Notes: generated from the sequence alone by a model not told the origin. Numbered from the whole stretch's first letter, positions 34,762-48,517 are shown. The stretch is DNA of 60,169 nucleotides, filler included, from Porpidia crustulata (GCA_964255105.1; 7 parts of 7 records of this genome joined end to end with filler, not necessarily neighbours in it), one strand, 5' to 3'. Numbers and translations are program-made.

Positions 34762-37301
34762 ATGGATATTTTCCTGGGAAAGGTGTGTCGCGAAGAAGGG
34801 ACAGAATGGCATACCTGACGAGTTTCAGGTCACGCAGCAGGCGATGAACTATGCCATCAGGTATTACTGCAATACTGCGACTTTTTGTTTTATTTTTGAT
34901 AGCCTTATAGATCTGGAATAACCATAACCGCTGGCTATGCCATACGACAATCGTCGAGGCTCCTCAAGGTACTATCCATATCCTGCTCTTATCAGCTCTT
35001 GTATTGACCCTGATTCAGACAGTTGAAGGGAGCGAAAAAGAGGAGCTTCAAGACCTACAAGAGCGCCTAGATAGTAAAATAAAGGTCAGTCCTTTCCGAA
35101 GAGCCTCTTCTATGATTCCACATACTTGCGTCTTGGATCTATCATTACTCTCTGGGAAGCCCATATTCCTAATTTTATGGTTTTTTATCGGTAAAAATAT
35201 CTGATCTGCTGATCACAGATTATCTCTCCCGCAATCGATATGATTGAGTTGATGTATGTAAACGTATGTCCTCTATATATAGCTCTAGACTTTAATGTAA
35301 ACTAGCTCCGCTCGTGGGAACACGTCTCTAGAATCCGCCGTGACCCTTACCAAGTCCCTCCGATGGGAAATTCAGGCCTTGGGTCAACGTGTCGCCGCCG
35401 CAGCGAATGCAGAGGAATTAGTCCGTAGCAGAAGTCCGAAGGCCAAAGACAAGGCTTTGCACGCCTTTGAGTTGAAGCTAATAGTTACTGCCATCAAGAA
35501 GTTACTAAATCGAATTGAAGATGCGGTTCCCCTCATCAACCTTGCTATCACAGCTTCGGGGGCTAGTCTTTCCTCAAGCCTGCCTACTACAGTATCCCCT
35601 TCTCGACTATTGCAGGCTAGTACTTTTCTAACGGCGGGTGATTCGCAATACTCCGTATCATCCTCACAGGAAGTACAGATTGGCCCCAGTTTCGTCCTCT
35701 CACTGTACATGCTTTTCATGGGGCACCTCCGTCCGCAAAACGAAGAAGACGTCAGAGAGAGCACTTGGAAAGAAGTCATACACAAAGCTCGTGTCAAACT
35801 GGTTAGAGTTCCGATTGATGCACTACATGATATGCCGGGTACACGTCGAATGAAAGAGCGAGAAGGCACGGCAAACCGGAAGAACCCCGAATCAAGCTCG
35901 TCCGTCGAGGAAAATGGCTATACTCCGTCGAGCCTCGATGGTGAAGCTAAAGCAGACGAATACGCATATCAACTGATTATTATTGAAGATCTTGACGATG
36001 ATCGTGTGCACACTTTTGAGGACGATGAATCTCAACCTGGGCCGTATGAGGACGTTGAGTTGGCGGGGATACGGGACGCCATACCGATACATGAAATATC
36101 AAAGATCTTCTACGCTGATACAGGCAAGATCTTGAATATTGGCACAGACGGAGAAACGAACAATCCTGTGCTTCTGCTGAAAAGGGACGTAAACGCAATA
36201 CCTCCACGACGTTTGATGCAAAGGCTTGGTGGAGAAAGTATGCAAGAAGATTACGATGGTAGAGCGAATGGCATACTGCAGTCAATTGAAACCAATGGAG
36301 GCGATATTCACCAGTCCCAGGTTGCTCGACTTGATTACGATCGTTCAACTCCGTCCCAAACTCCAACACCTGAGAATCAGCCGAATGACATACCTGATCC
36401 CTGGCGAATCCCACCGGATCTTGATTCCGAATGGATCGCCTTCGAAGTCTACACCGAATCCTCGGATTCGGACGCCGAATCCGAGCCCGAACCTAGCAGA
36501 ACCTCTCGCACCCCCTCCATCGATCCTCAAACAACCTCAGCCCTCTCCCATCTTCAACTTCAAAGTCCTCCAAACGCGCCATCGCCACCACAGCAGCCTA
36601 ATACTTCGCTTCGCGCCTCTCTACCACCCATTCGTACGTCCCTCTCCCTCCTTGAAACTTTGCTGCGCCTCCTTTCCCTCCAGCAGTTCCAACAAGCACC
36701 CCACCTTTCCATTCCCGACGAACTGCTCACGTTCTTCCTATCCGAATCTGCGTCAACCGGCGCCGCCAACGGCGACTCTCAAGAACGAAAGCGTCTGCGG
36801 ACCGAAGCTCGGCGACGTGTGGGCTTTGATCCGTACGACGAAAGCCCCGTAAAACGCCGCGGTGAAGAATACCAGTACCAGGGCGGCGAGCACCAAAACC
36901 AAGCTGCGTGGGAAGATGGACAAAGCCACGAAAACTACGAGAGCTACGAAGGCAATAGCTACGCCTCCCCGCTCGGCTACCGCAGTCACCGCTACGACGA
37001 AGGTTACGACACCAACAGATGGAGTCCTGCACCACGCACGCCGCAATCGCCAAGAAATGCAACCCCGCCTCTCCTTCTCAAGGATAATTCACAATCACGA
37101 CGTAGCGGCACACCCGAGCGATCTCTCAGCGGCGGAGGCGGACGGCATACCTCAGCTCCGCCACTTCGCTGGCGGGGTGGCAGGAGAGACGACGGTACTG
37201 ATGGGATCAAAAGGGGAAGTCCGTTAAGGCCGACCACGGGCGTCATGGATGAGGGCATAGGCACGAGTCCCATCTCTGGTGCGGAGGAAAAGTCGGCGTG
37301 A
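34762..37301 (+). CDS. YRB30: RanGTP-binding protein (Yrb30 family), several 5' micro-exons
   Basis: Spliced N-terminus MDIFLGK|VTQQAMNYAIR|SGITITAGYAIRQ..IISPAIDMIELI|SARGNTSLESAV; LLNRIEDAVPLINLAITASG, VSPSRLLQAS. Confidence 0.85.
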
Positions 37302-37985
37302 AGTTACTTTTTTGGCAGTAGGAGCGGAGATACCCCAAAGTTCTACTGAACGTAGTGATAGTGCAGCTAAATGATGGCGTTCAAATGTGTGTATAGGTAA
37401 TATGAATCGATGAGGAATTTCGATACCGGGTAGAAGCCCCTCTTCCAATTTCACCAGAGCGGGCGGGTTTTCCAACATTGAAACCACTCCCATTTGACCT
37501 TCTCCAGTCTATCGTCATGAAAAACAACAACGATTAAAGGTGCCTCTTGTTTGCTGTCCCGAGGAACCAGCATGCTGACCATTCCACAGTGTGCACCAGC
37601 TCAAGAGACCCCTAACTGGCCTTGTTCTCGTAAAGAATGGCACCTTCTTCATTGGTAAGATTCTCTCAGAGGAAAGGGGAGGGCAAACTAAGTCTTTAGA
37701 TCTGAACACCACTGTCTTTTCTTACTAGAATCTTGCGCCCAGTCTAAAATGTCTCATTTTCTATTTCGACCAAATTTGAAATGATAGTCGAGGGAACTAA
37801 GCGAGTCTAGTATATCCTGGGGAGTATGAGATCATACCAAGACCGATGAATTGTGGATATCCTAAGCGATCATACAAGAACAGGACCAATACACTCCCAT
37901 TCTAACCTTCTACCTCTATATAACCCTTCCGATGAGTCAAACGACTTACATCTCCAGTATTCGCAGCCCCTCCAGCTCAATTCAA

Positions 37986-38937
37986 TCACCTCCCCAACGC
38001 CTGCCGACTCCACCGCCGCAAATGCGGCGCCAACTGCCACATCTCTGGCCGCTCCCTCGGATCCAGAGACATCATCATTTCCACAATAACATCCAACTCC
38101 GGCGAATAGCTCGACCCAACGCCCCAATAGACCCTCCCCCGCGCCTGTGGGTTCGGTACCATCGGCACCTCCTCGTTCTCTAACCGGCACGCTGCCTGCA
38201 CGACTGCGCCGACGGCCCACACGTCGGCGAAGTACTCGTAGCCAAAGGTCCGCGTCTCGGGGGCCGCCCAGTGCGGGTCACCGCCGACGATAAGGCGGTT
38301 CCAATGGCCCAAGTCGTCCTCGCGGATGGCTTGACCGAAGTCGCCGAGGACAACGTTGGGGAAGAGAGTGTCGTTGCCGTCGCGGCGGCGGCGGCGGAGG
38401 AAGATGTTGGCCGGTTTGATGTCACGATGGACGACCCCGATCCAGTTCCGCGCGTCGCGGGTGTGGACACGGGTGACGGAGAGGGCGTCTTGGATGCCGT
38501 ATTGCAGGTAGGTGAGGGCGTTGCCCAGCTGCTTAAAGATGCTCCAGATGGAGGCTTCGCCGATGGGGCGGGCGCGTCTGCCGCGCCCATGGGCTAGGGC
38601 GACTTTCTGAATGTATTCTTCCAGAGTTCCGAGCTGGCAGTATTCCATACAGGCTCGCCTTTGGGGTATGTCTGCCGTCGTCGACAATGAATGCATCTAG
38701 GTAATTGACGATATTTCGATGCTTGAGCCCCCGGTGGATAAACATTTCGAATTCGGCGGATCCCTCAATGATATCTTTGGGCTTCATCCGTTTCTGGACA
38801 AATTTTTTGCCGTCGAGGCGCCGTCTCACGATAAAGACTCCCGCGTTGTAGTTTCCGCCGCTTGCGATTGAGGTGCTGGCTGGCTCATAATCCTTCTCCA
38901 AGGAGTCGGGACAGATTGATGGGCGTCCAAAAGGCAT
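37986..38937 (-). pseudogene. Ser/Thr protein kinase (NEK/NIMA-like) split by a frameshift
   Basis: N-lobe (FVQKRM, LKHRNIVNYLDAF) in ORF 38533-38937; MEYC, HRDIKPANIFL, GDFG and APE in ORF 37986-38696; junction ctgtatggaatac lacks 2 nt of the expected ctg-tat-atg-gaa-tac. Confidence 0.75.
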
Positions 38938-40724
38938 CGTGATCTAACGACTTGGATTGTAATAGCCACGACTTATGAAATTTTGCTGATTGATCCGTAG
39001 ATTTGTTGCAGAGAGGTAGGATTTTGCTAAATTCTTTCCAAACCTCCCGGGCTAGCTTTCTCGATCTTCATCGAGTGACTAAATAAAGTAATGTGGCTTA
39101 TGTGAGAAATGGGACATATGAAGAGAGATCAAGGGAACAGTGTTCTCGATATAACGCGACTTGGATCCATAAGAGTATGGGTCACAAGACACAAATAGAG
39201 GGGACTTTTTTGATCATATCTAACTATATCCTACAGCGAAAGGGAAGTGACCGCAAAGACTTAGTCAAGATAAGAAACGACTTTCTCATTGTTTCCATAG
39301 GTGAATCATCGTGGGACTCGGTCAAAATAAAGAAGAGTTTCCCCTTCTCTGCACGCCCTATGACCCATACTTTATGTGCAAAGAAGTAGTAAAGTGAAGT
39401 CAAAAACAGAACATGATGAACAGAGGCCAGTAGTGATCTTAACATAACGATCAAGGCCAAGGTTTCCCCTTCAAAGTCGAGACACACCACAACATCAAAC
39501 CCTCGACACCTCCTCGGAATCCGTGAGGTCTGAGAACTTCATCCCAATGCCATCATCACTCAGAACACAAATGTCAAAGCATAATCATTCTTACTATTGA
39601 CCTCTTTAGCTCCATGTGATATAACCCCCTTACGACTCTCCGCATAGCCGGCCACCTTGACGGTGCCAATTCAAATCCAGTCAACTCCATCCACTTTCCT
39701 TGCCTTGCCTTGCCGTTGCAGCCCGGTTTAGCTCGACAGCACTGTGACAGGAAGTAACATTTTCAGCCTTTAAGCGAACGAGATGGTTTGATCGCACTAT
39801 GCCGGTGTTTCTTTGCCATTTTTAGGCAAGATTTCATGGATACATATTGAACATCGTTGCCGTCATATCAAATGCTGATGAAATCTTCCACGACTTAATC
39901 TAACCAAAGGGATGAGATCTTGAAGAAGGGAATGATATCTTTATATACCGTGATGTAAGCGTAAGGGTCATCGTATTCGAATGTGCATTCATTTATTTTG
40001 GCTAAGAGCCAATATAATCTTCTCAGTCAAGAATAGCCAGAGCAGGTGTATCTTTCAAATAGAAAAAGAGAAAATCTTGCCGAGCCACGACTTTTGACCC
40101 ATCCTCCTACCGTCTGGAGGAGATAGCTCAACCGCTAGGGGCCATTATTCTAAAGCCTGCATGGTCTTACCACTGGGTATACACAATGACCAGATTGGTG
40201 TATACATCCAATCTCTATCGCATTGCATAAATGTAAGCCAACTTGTACTGGCACAGGAAAGAGCTCTTGCTCATCGACTAGTCCAGGAGAGCAGACCCGT
40301 AAGTCTATATAGTGCGATAAGACCACGGAGAATTACCATGGCGAGAATTCGCAGTCAGGTTGTCTTCGTTTGTTGCTATGTGTTGAAGTCGATGATTCGA
40401 CACTGTCAATACGTTGAGTCGGGGACTACTTACCTAATCTGGAGACGCTCACGTGACCCTTGGCGTCTATCAGCCTCATCTTACCCGATCGAGACATATC
40501 CGCACTAGTGTCTTGGCAAAGAATCAAAAAACACTTCACTCAGCATAAGAGCTCACCAAGCGTAAAGCACCTTCCACACATTCTCACCTCGTCTTCCTTT
40601 TTTCCATCTACCCAAACATACCCCACTCTTCATCCTGTACCTATTACACCGTCGAGCAGCCTGTCTGTGATCCATTCCCTCGCTTTCTACAGCTCCCCGT
40701 TTACACCTTAATACTTCAATATCT

Positions 40725-43026
40725 ATGGCCTCCGTAAGTCCTCATCTCGCTGCACAATTGAAATTCGACGTGCATATACGACCTTGATCCTGGACTTAGG
40801 CTGACAAAGATACTAGCCACGCCCTTACACCTACAACCAAGGTCATCTACCCAATGGCGCAACCGGGCCTCAAAGTTCGGGCCCGGCAGGTGGCGCTGGT
40901 ACAAACTTTTTACCAAATAACGGGCGCGTAGTCCAGACTGGCGGAGTTCGTATACTATGTGTTGCCGATGTTCGAGGTGTGTTTGATCCCTCGTTGGTTG
41001 CTATAACAGCACGTTCTTACTCATTGAGCCCCTGTTAGGAAATCTGAAATCGTTGAATGAATTAGCGAAACAAGCTCGCGCAGACTATATCATACATACT
41101 GGTGATTTCGGATTCTACGATGAAAGTTCTTTAGAGCGAATTGCCGATAAGTGCGTTGGTCATCAAGCTGCGTTTTCACAAGCTAACTCCCTCTAGGACC
41201 TTGAAGCATGTCGCGCAATACTCGCCGCTTTTGTCAGAGAATACGAAACGCATTATTCAAACCACACAACCACAAAATCTTAATGCAAAGCAGCGCTTCT
41301 CCCCGCAGGAGTTGGCGCTCTCAGAGTTATCAATGTTTATCAACAAGCAGTACACGCTGGATGTTCCAGTCTACACTGTGTGGGGGGCCTGTGAGGATGT
41401 CCGTGTTCTTGAAAAGTTTCGATCAGGCGAATATAAGGTCGACAAGCTACACATTATTGACGAGGCAAATTCAAGACTCTTGGAAGTTGGCGGTGTGAAA
41501 CTTCGTTTACTTGGTCTTGGAGGAGCCGTGGTGATGCACAAACTTTTTGACAATGGTGAAGGAAGAACGACAATTGCCGGAGGTCAAGGCACAATGTGGA
41601 CAACGCTGCTGCAGATGGGAGAACTAGTCGACACGGCCAACCGTGTCTATGACCCTACGGAAACTCGAGTCTTCGTGACCCACGCTTCCCCTGCGCGTGA
41701 GGGTTTGCTGAATCAGCTCTCCGTCACTTTGAAAGCGGATTTTTCAGTATCTGCAGGACTCCATTTCCGATACGGTAGCTCATACAATGAGTTTAGTGTC
41801 AATCCTACATTGGATCACTACCGGGGGAAACTAGCTGCGTCAAAGGCTTCATTCAATGACGTCTGGGAGACCGTCAAGAGTGAAGTTGAACCGGCAGTAT
41901 CACAAAATGATGCACAACAAACTCTGCTCAATAATGCCTTGGACATTGTCACAAAGATGCCGACTGTTGCCAATGGCGGCAACCCGTTCGGCGGATCAGT
42001 ACCTGGGCAAGGGCAAGGAGGCGGAGTTGTTGATGAGAGCGCCTTCAAGAACATGTGGAACTTCAACCTGGCGGATGCGGCGTTTGGTTACCTGGTACTG
42101 GAAATTGAAGCTGGACGGATTGGTACCGAAATGCGAGCTCAGGGTTTCAACTTTGCTCATCGAGGTACCGGTGGTAAGCAAAATCCGGCACAGCCCGTAC
42201 AATCCCCAATTCAGGGTGGGTACGTCAATACGGGCGTACATGGCGGTAATAACATGGGCGCTGCCGTAGGACCAGGACAAAATCGTCCTCCAGTTGCACC
42301 GTCTTCCCAAACTAGCCAGCAAATCAATCAGAGTCAACAGCCCAACCAGCAGCCACGAAGCCAACAGCCGCCTGTCCAACCAAAGGCAGCTGCCCCTCCC
42401 CAGCAACAACCCCAACCGTCTCAAGAAAAGGCCGCTCCTGCTTCGTCACGTACTGGTCCCTCGCCAAGCCCGGCCGTTGCCCCCGCCACTCAGGCTAAAC
42501 CTGCGACGCCACAGCCTACAGGGACAAATGTAAACATTCCGGCGGCACCCAAAAACGACAAGCCTGTAGCCCCGACGCCTGAAGCGCGTAACGGGACAGC
42601 GTCAAACGACAAAGCAACCGCGCCTCCAACCACAAAGCCAGCTTCACCGAGCGTCGAGAAGAAGCTGAGTACAGGTCTTTTCGTCCATAATCTTGAGAAT
42701 GAGGAAGCGGTTCGGGCCATTTTTTCGGAAGAAGACAAGTGGAAAATTACACGAATTGAGAAATACGGCAAGTCCAATCATGTCGTTCACTTCGGTAGCC
42801 ATGAGGAAGCTCGTGGCGCACTGGAACACCAGCCCATTGAACACAAGAAAGGTGGTGGCCCACCACAACCTGGGCAACCTCGTAAGCCAAATGTTAAATG
42901 GTATGACGAACGCGGCCCACCGCGGAACAACTATCAACGCGACACGCAGGGTGGGCAAGGGGCTGGCGCATGGCAGGCGAGTAACCGAGGAGGAGCAAAT
43001 GCTGGTCCACGAGGAGGATATCAGAG
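40725..43026 (+). CDS. Calcineurin-like metallophosphoesterase-fold protein (DUF2433-type) with Q/P-rich linker and C-terminal RRM-like region; 3'-truncated
   Basis: Spliced MAS|PRPY..VRILCVADVR|GNL..IIHTGDFGFYD; VWGACED; FVTHASP; SAGLHFRYG. Confidence 0.82.
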
Positions 43027-43126
43027 NNNNNNNNNNNNNNNNNNNNNNNNNNNNNNNNNNNNNNNNNNNNTTAATTAATTAANNNNNNNNNNNNNNNNNN
43101 NNNNNNNNNNNNNNNNNNNNNNNNNN
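43027..43126. other. Artificial contig spacer
   Basis: N44-TTAATTAATTAA-N44. Confidence 0.98.
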
Positions 43127-43249
43127 GGCCGGGAGGTGGTGTAGATTGGAGGTCATGGTAACCCACGACTCGATCCATCCCTGATCATCGGACGCAACGA
43201 CCTCAACGACACACACGCACTCACGACGGAATCCACGACTCACGATCGC

Positions 43250-43530
43250 ATATATATATGTATATATATTATATACACCCCGAACTTAAGATTTGTGATT
43301 ACCGTTTCTGATCAGGAAAGGGAGCAGCGAGGGAGCACGGGAGAGCAATAAGGGAGCACGGGCGAGCACCAAGGGAGCAGGCGGGAGCATTAAGGGAGCA
43401 CTATGGGGCAGTGTTGGGGCGTAGCAGGTCGGTGCCTGAATTGGCTGCCTCGTACCCGGCTATAGCTGCTCACGTTATTTAGAACAGCATTCGTGAACAC
43501 TTTTGCCCGGCTCAGCCTCCTGCTGTCTAG
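43250..43530 (+). repeat. Dispersed repeat, copy A: (TA)n head, GGGAGCA array, CTAG end
   Basis: tatata..caccccgaactta.gattt, about six gggagca units, cctgaattggctgc, cagcctcctgctgtctag. Confidence 0.7.
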
Positions 43531-45338
43531 ACTCAACCTCTCACCAGTGGCCTGCGATTGTGCTTGCATAATTGTACCAGACCGAGCGTAAAAAGTACGC
43601 CTTGCATCGGTGATGGCAGGTTGCGATATAAGAGCGGTAATCGATAATGGGAGGGCTCTCGGCAGCAGCGGGCGCCGATATCAGCGAACCGCTCGACCAT
43701 CGAGGATATCAGATGAGGAAACAGTATCCATCCAACACCGAACTGACTTCCCATAGCGAGCTCAGAGGCTGGGTGGGACCGGACCCAGAGACGTTGTTCC
43801 GTAGTCCGTGGCTCGAGCGGCATAAGGAACTATAATATGTTTAAATATGGTGTAACCGACAGGAGGAGGAGTCTTGGGTGGGGCAGCATGGGACGCAGCC
43901 AGATGGCAGCGATGGCAATTGAGGGACGTCTCCTGAAAGATGCAATAAATGATAGGGAAACAATTTCCAGAGCTCAGAGTGGGGATGGACATCAAATGAC
44001 AAATGTTTTGCTGAAAATTGGCATCTAGCATTTTTTGTCACAACCCGTATCCAAACTTCTGCCACGATTGCTCTTTGCTTCCGTAACCGGCTTAACCAAT
44101 CTTCATGGGGCCTTCTCCCTTTTTGCCTGACATGTCCACTGTGCCTTTTGCTACAGGAAAGTCATATAACGACCGAACTCTCCCGATCACCTGAATTTCC
44201 TTCCTCCGTTCTATTTCGGTCCGACTTTGCTGAAAGCATCGGTGCGTTTCCGATGAAGAAGAAGAAAAAATCATCTCCCTCCTCAGTTTCCTTGACTCTT
44301 ATAATCTCCTCATCATCTATTCCACTCACCACGTCCAATGTCTCAAGACTAGGATCGAATTCCTGATGTTGACTACGTCAGGGACCAGAGCCTTCGCGAA
44401 GAGACCGAACGGACTGTTTGGTAGAACACGCTCGGGGCCCTGGCTTTCGACGGAGTAGACTCCTAGCTTAGGGAGACGGGGAAGAGACTCCAGACCGAGG
44501 GATATCCGGGGGGCAAATGGAGCGAGCATGTCACCGGACGCTCTTTCGTAGTTTGTTGGACTCTTATGTAGACCCCAAGGATACATAAATGTTATATGCG
44601 GTTACCAATCTTGTTTGCCTCTTTCCACTGATTTACGGATGGGGATGTGAGAGTGGCTCACGGAAATACAAGGAGTCATCTGTGACCATACGAGAAGACT
44701 TTCAAGAGAGCTCATCACGAATTGACAATAGACACATGTCATGAACCAAGGGTCTACACCTCGAGCCCTCGTATGTAAAAATGACCTGTTAGAACCAAAG
44801 ACGGCGTTCACAGACAGTAGTAAAAACTTATAGGATGTTTTTCCCAAAATACCGACATTTTAGCTTTTGAAATTGCGAGTAGAATGATTTTCTCCCGTTG
44901 CACACAGATATCACAAGCCCAATATATATATGAGACCCACACACACCAAGTTGAGTGCAAAAAAGTCAGGGGGTTGGCCAACTTTCCATTAGATATGGAC
45001 GACGAGGACGGAGGAAAGCCATGACGAATAGTTTGAACGGCGGGCGTTTGCAAATCAGTGGTATAAGCTGACCGATGAATAGCAAGTCACTGTTTCTTTC
45101 AAAGCCGATAATAAAATTCGAGGAAACACCGATCATGCATCTTCTCGAGTCGGCTCAAATCGTAGAGTCCTTAATTCTACAGCAAGGTGGACAATTGCCA
45201 ACATGACAAGTGATGAGATGTGAGTCGTGATAGCAATAGTCGAGCCCTACCAACCACGAAGAGTGGTTGCAATCGTCGGTGAAAATCGAGAAAGCAACTT
45301 ACTGATGCAGGAGAACGTTGATTGGGAACCCTGCTAGA

Positions 45339-46728
45339 TTATGGAACAGTATCAGCAGAATTCCTCCCTATATCTAGCATTTGCTGCGGCCAGATTAGAA
45401 GGCTGCGAACATCGCGGTCGGCATCAGAACATCTTGCGATGATATCACGTATCCCGGCTTGTCCCATATCATCGATCCACCAGAGATCCTCCACCAGGAC
45501 CATTAACATAAGCCAATGCGCATACACCGCAAGTGCAGGAGGGGATTCAGCCACCAGCATGTCAACGAAGCCACTGGGAATATCAGCTGGCCAGGTGCAG
45601 ATGGTGCGGAGTAGGCTCTGTAACTGTTGCGAGCAAATTTGCTTGGTGACTTGATGCAGGAGATCGATTGCAGCGCCTAGGTCTTCAATCTTTTGATCTC
45701 CAAGGGAGCTCCAATCTCTGTGGAGTGTGGATCGTAAAGCGTCAATGAAGCCTCGCCATGACTGTTGGACGTAACGAAAGCAGGGATTTTTGCAGCCCAC
45801 ACCCATCCGTGGAATTAGCTGATGGTAGCGGAGTGGAGGAGTCATGTCTTTCATAAACATCTCATCGACAGGTCGGCCAGCTTCAACAACTGCAACGTAG
45901 CTCGTCTTCACGCCTCGTAGCAAGTGGAGCCAAGTCCACGCCGCGGGATCGGCAAGCGTTGTGCCGTTCTGACGATGAGTCCGGAAGAAGGCAAACCCGA
46001 GCACACACAATAATCTAGAGCAAGCCAGGAGAGAGTCTTGATCTTGCGTGTTCAGCCCCTCTTGGAAATCCTGCACTTTCTGCCGGCTCTCCTTCACAAA
46101 AGTCTTGCCGTGCGCTTCCGCTGCCTCTAGATATTCCAAGCAATGCTCACCTGAGTGATCAGGGAAGGACTCATAATGCAAGCACATTGCCGCAAGGGTA
46201 AGCATACCCTGGCGTACTACTGGACAAGTAAGAGCCACGGCCGGAATAAGAATCCGCCACATATCGGGCTGATCTTCCCATATGTCGCCTCCTGCAAATG
46301 TCTGCACGGTGTGTGTAAGATAGTGTTTTGCAAGCTCGTTATCTCGAATGCCGCCCAGGTTTCGTAAAGTGGTCGTGGATGGACACTCCTGAGCCACCGG
46401 GTTTCGTGAGCTCTCCGAACTGACATACTCTGAGTTTCTATGATTGTCTAGGTCACATGAGTCCGGCGGAGACGAAGTTGTCCTTGGTCCATCGAGATAG
46501 TTACACTCGATTGTCTTGCGGTGACATCTTGTACAGCGAGGTCGCCTTTCATCACACTTAAGCAGTCGTTAAACGATAGTTTTCGTTTAGAGAATCCAAA
46601 CCACTAACCTTAACCCTAGCCCTTTTACAGGTGGCACACCCTGACCTAACCTTTCTGTGCGGCCGTTTGATTCGCAAAGTAGGTGTCTCGACATCTTCAA
46701 TCATCAATTCGTTCCTCATTGTCTTCAT
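45339..46728 (-). CDS. Zn(II)2Cys6 transcription factor (Upc2/Ecm22-like architecture), two exons
   Basis: RPHRKVRSGCATCKRARVK|CDERRPRCTRCHRKTIECNY with the intron at the usual K|C position; ELAKHYLTHT, WLHLLRGV, WPADIPSGF, WWIDD. Confidence 0.9.
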
Positions 46729-47281
46729 TCAGGGTCTTGTGTGCAGGAGCGGTCTATTTCGGAAATCGTGTAGCGAACGATGCAAGGTCTTCACCACTCC
46801 AGGACCAAATATTGGGATTAAATTCGCATGAGGTTGCATCGCAGAGTCCACTCCGCATCATGAGCCCAGGCTCCGTCGTTGATTGATTATTCAGCTTAGC
46901 GTCTTGAAGCACCAAAGTATACACCGCCAAGACCGCCTACCTTCTTGGATTTCCTTGGATCTGGCTAGGTAGGTAAGCGTGCAGCCTGAGTAAGCTTGAA
47001 GGCTGAACGAGAACGAGAACGAGGTTTTTAATCGAACGTTGAACTGGTGAACATTCCAACCAGGTTATCCCTAATACTGGTTTATTCAAGTCTTCAAATG
47101 GTAGTGCTGGTGGTGCGAGGGACTATGCGAGTGCGAGTGCGAGCTGCGACTTTTTCAACAGGCTCCACGAGCGCCAGAAGTTCTAGGAGAAGGCGATGGA
47201 GCTCTATAAATGGTGATGCCTTCTCCCTGCTTTCCCTGGTCAACAGACTTCGTCAATCCTAACTACTAAACTTGCTTCAGA

Positions 47282-48517
47282 ATGGCTATCGCTACCCTTA
47301 TCGCGCTCACCTTGCTCTTCAACCGCCTAGAAGCGGGACCTGTCCCCTATCCCGCCAGCGACAGGCCGTGTGTGAACTTCATGCTTCCAGTACCGGCTAC
47401 GGCGCAAAATGCAGAGTACGATATAGTTCACGTCAATGACAACATCAATGCGACTGCGTATGCGGTGGATCTAGACACTTGGTCTTTCAACGCATCAAGT
47501 CGCGTCCTTCGAAACATCACAGTATCAGAAACGTTCGATATCAGTGTTCAACTGTGTGTCCCACCAAACGGAATCAAAAAGCAGAACCTCTTTATCGCAA
47601 CCCATGGTGGCCTCTTTGACAAGCGATATTGGGACCCTGCTATCAATCCATCGGAATATTCATTCGTCGATGCCGCCCTCGCAGGAGGTTACAGCATATT
47701 GACATACGATCGTCTAGGTACTGGCTTGTCCGATAAACCAGACGCTTACACCATCGTACAAGCACCCCTCCAACTCGAAATCTTACGCAGTATCACCAAC
47801 ATGGCACGCAGTGGGGAGCTTCTCAAGCATACTGCAGGTAACGCCGATTCAGCGGGTACCACAGTCTCAGCCGCATCCACAAACACCTTCAAGGGTTTCG
47901 ACGTGTCCATTGACAAAATAATCCATGTTGGCCACAGTTTCGGCAGTGTTCTGACCACCGCTTTTCTCGCCACGTACGGTAATCTATCCGACGCGGCCGT
48001 GATCACGGGATATATCCGGAACGAGCATTTCGCCGAGATGCGGAAAGCGGCATTCGGTCTCGAATACGCCCCGCAGAACAATAGGACTTTGTTCGGCGAT
48101 CGACCATCTGGTTACATGGTCGGCGGGACGCTGGGCGGCCTTCAGACCGTGTTCTTCTCAATCCAAACTGATGCTACCACGGGGATAGGAGGCTTCGACA
48201 CGGAAATGCTAGACTACGCCTTCTCTATACGGCAGACCATCACGACGTCCGAGTTCTTACCACCCACGGTGAACCTCGGCGCAGCGCCTCAGTTCAAAGG
48301 ACCATTGCAGTTCATGCTAGCCGAATTTGACTATCCGGTCTGTCGCGGTGACTGTAATCTTCCTTTCGATCCTGCCACTTTCCGAAACTTGTATCCGAAG
48401 GCCACGGATATTGATATCTACACACAACAGGGCAACGGGCACGCGCTGACCATGCATCGGAAGGCGAATCTGGGATATAAGGCAACCCTAGATTGGCTAG
48501 ATAGGAACGGTTTTTGA
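47282..48517 (+). CDS. Secreted alpha/beta-fold hydrolase
   Basis: Signal peptide; THGGLFDKRYW, YDRLGTGLS, nucleophile GHSFG, AEFD, GHALTMH. Confidence 0.88.
   Translation: MAIATLIALTLLFNRLEAGPVPYPASDRPCVNFMLPVPATAQNAEYDIVHVNDNINATAYAVDLDTWSFNASSRVLRNITVSETFDISVQLCVPPNGIKKQNLFIATHGGLFDKRYWDPAINPSEYSFVDAALAGGYSILTYDRLGTGLSDKPDAYTIVQAPLQLEILRSITNMARSGELLKHTAGNADSAGTTVSAASTNTFKGFDVSIDKIIHVGHSFGSVLTTAFLATYGNLSDAAVITGYIRNEHFAEMRKAAFGLEYAPQNNRTLFGDRPSGYMVGGTLGGLQTVFFSIQTDATTGIGGFDTEMLDYAFSIRQTITTSEFLPPTVNLGAAPQFKGPLQFMLAEFDYPVCRGDCNLPFDPATFRNLYPKATDIDIYTQQGNGHALTMHRKANLGYKATLDWLDRNGF

Noticed and set aside
45339..46728. Zn2Cys6 TF as regulator of the RiPP cluster
   Set aside because: It is on a different contig; proximity is an artefact of concatenation
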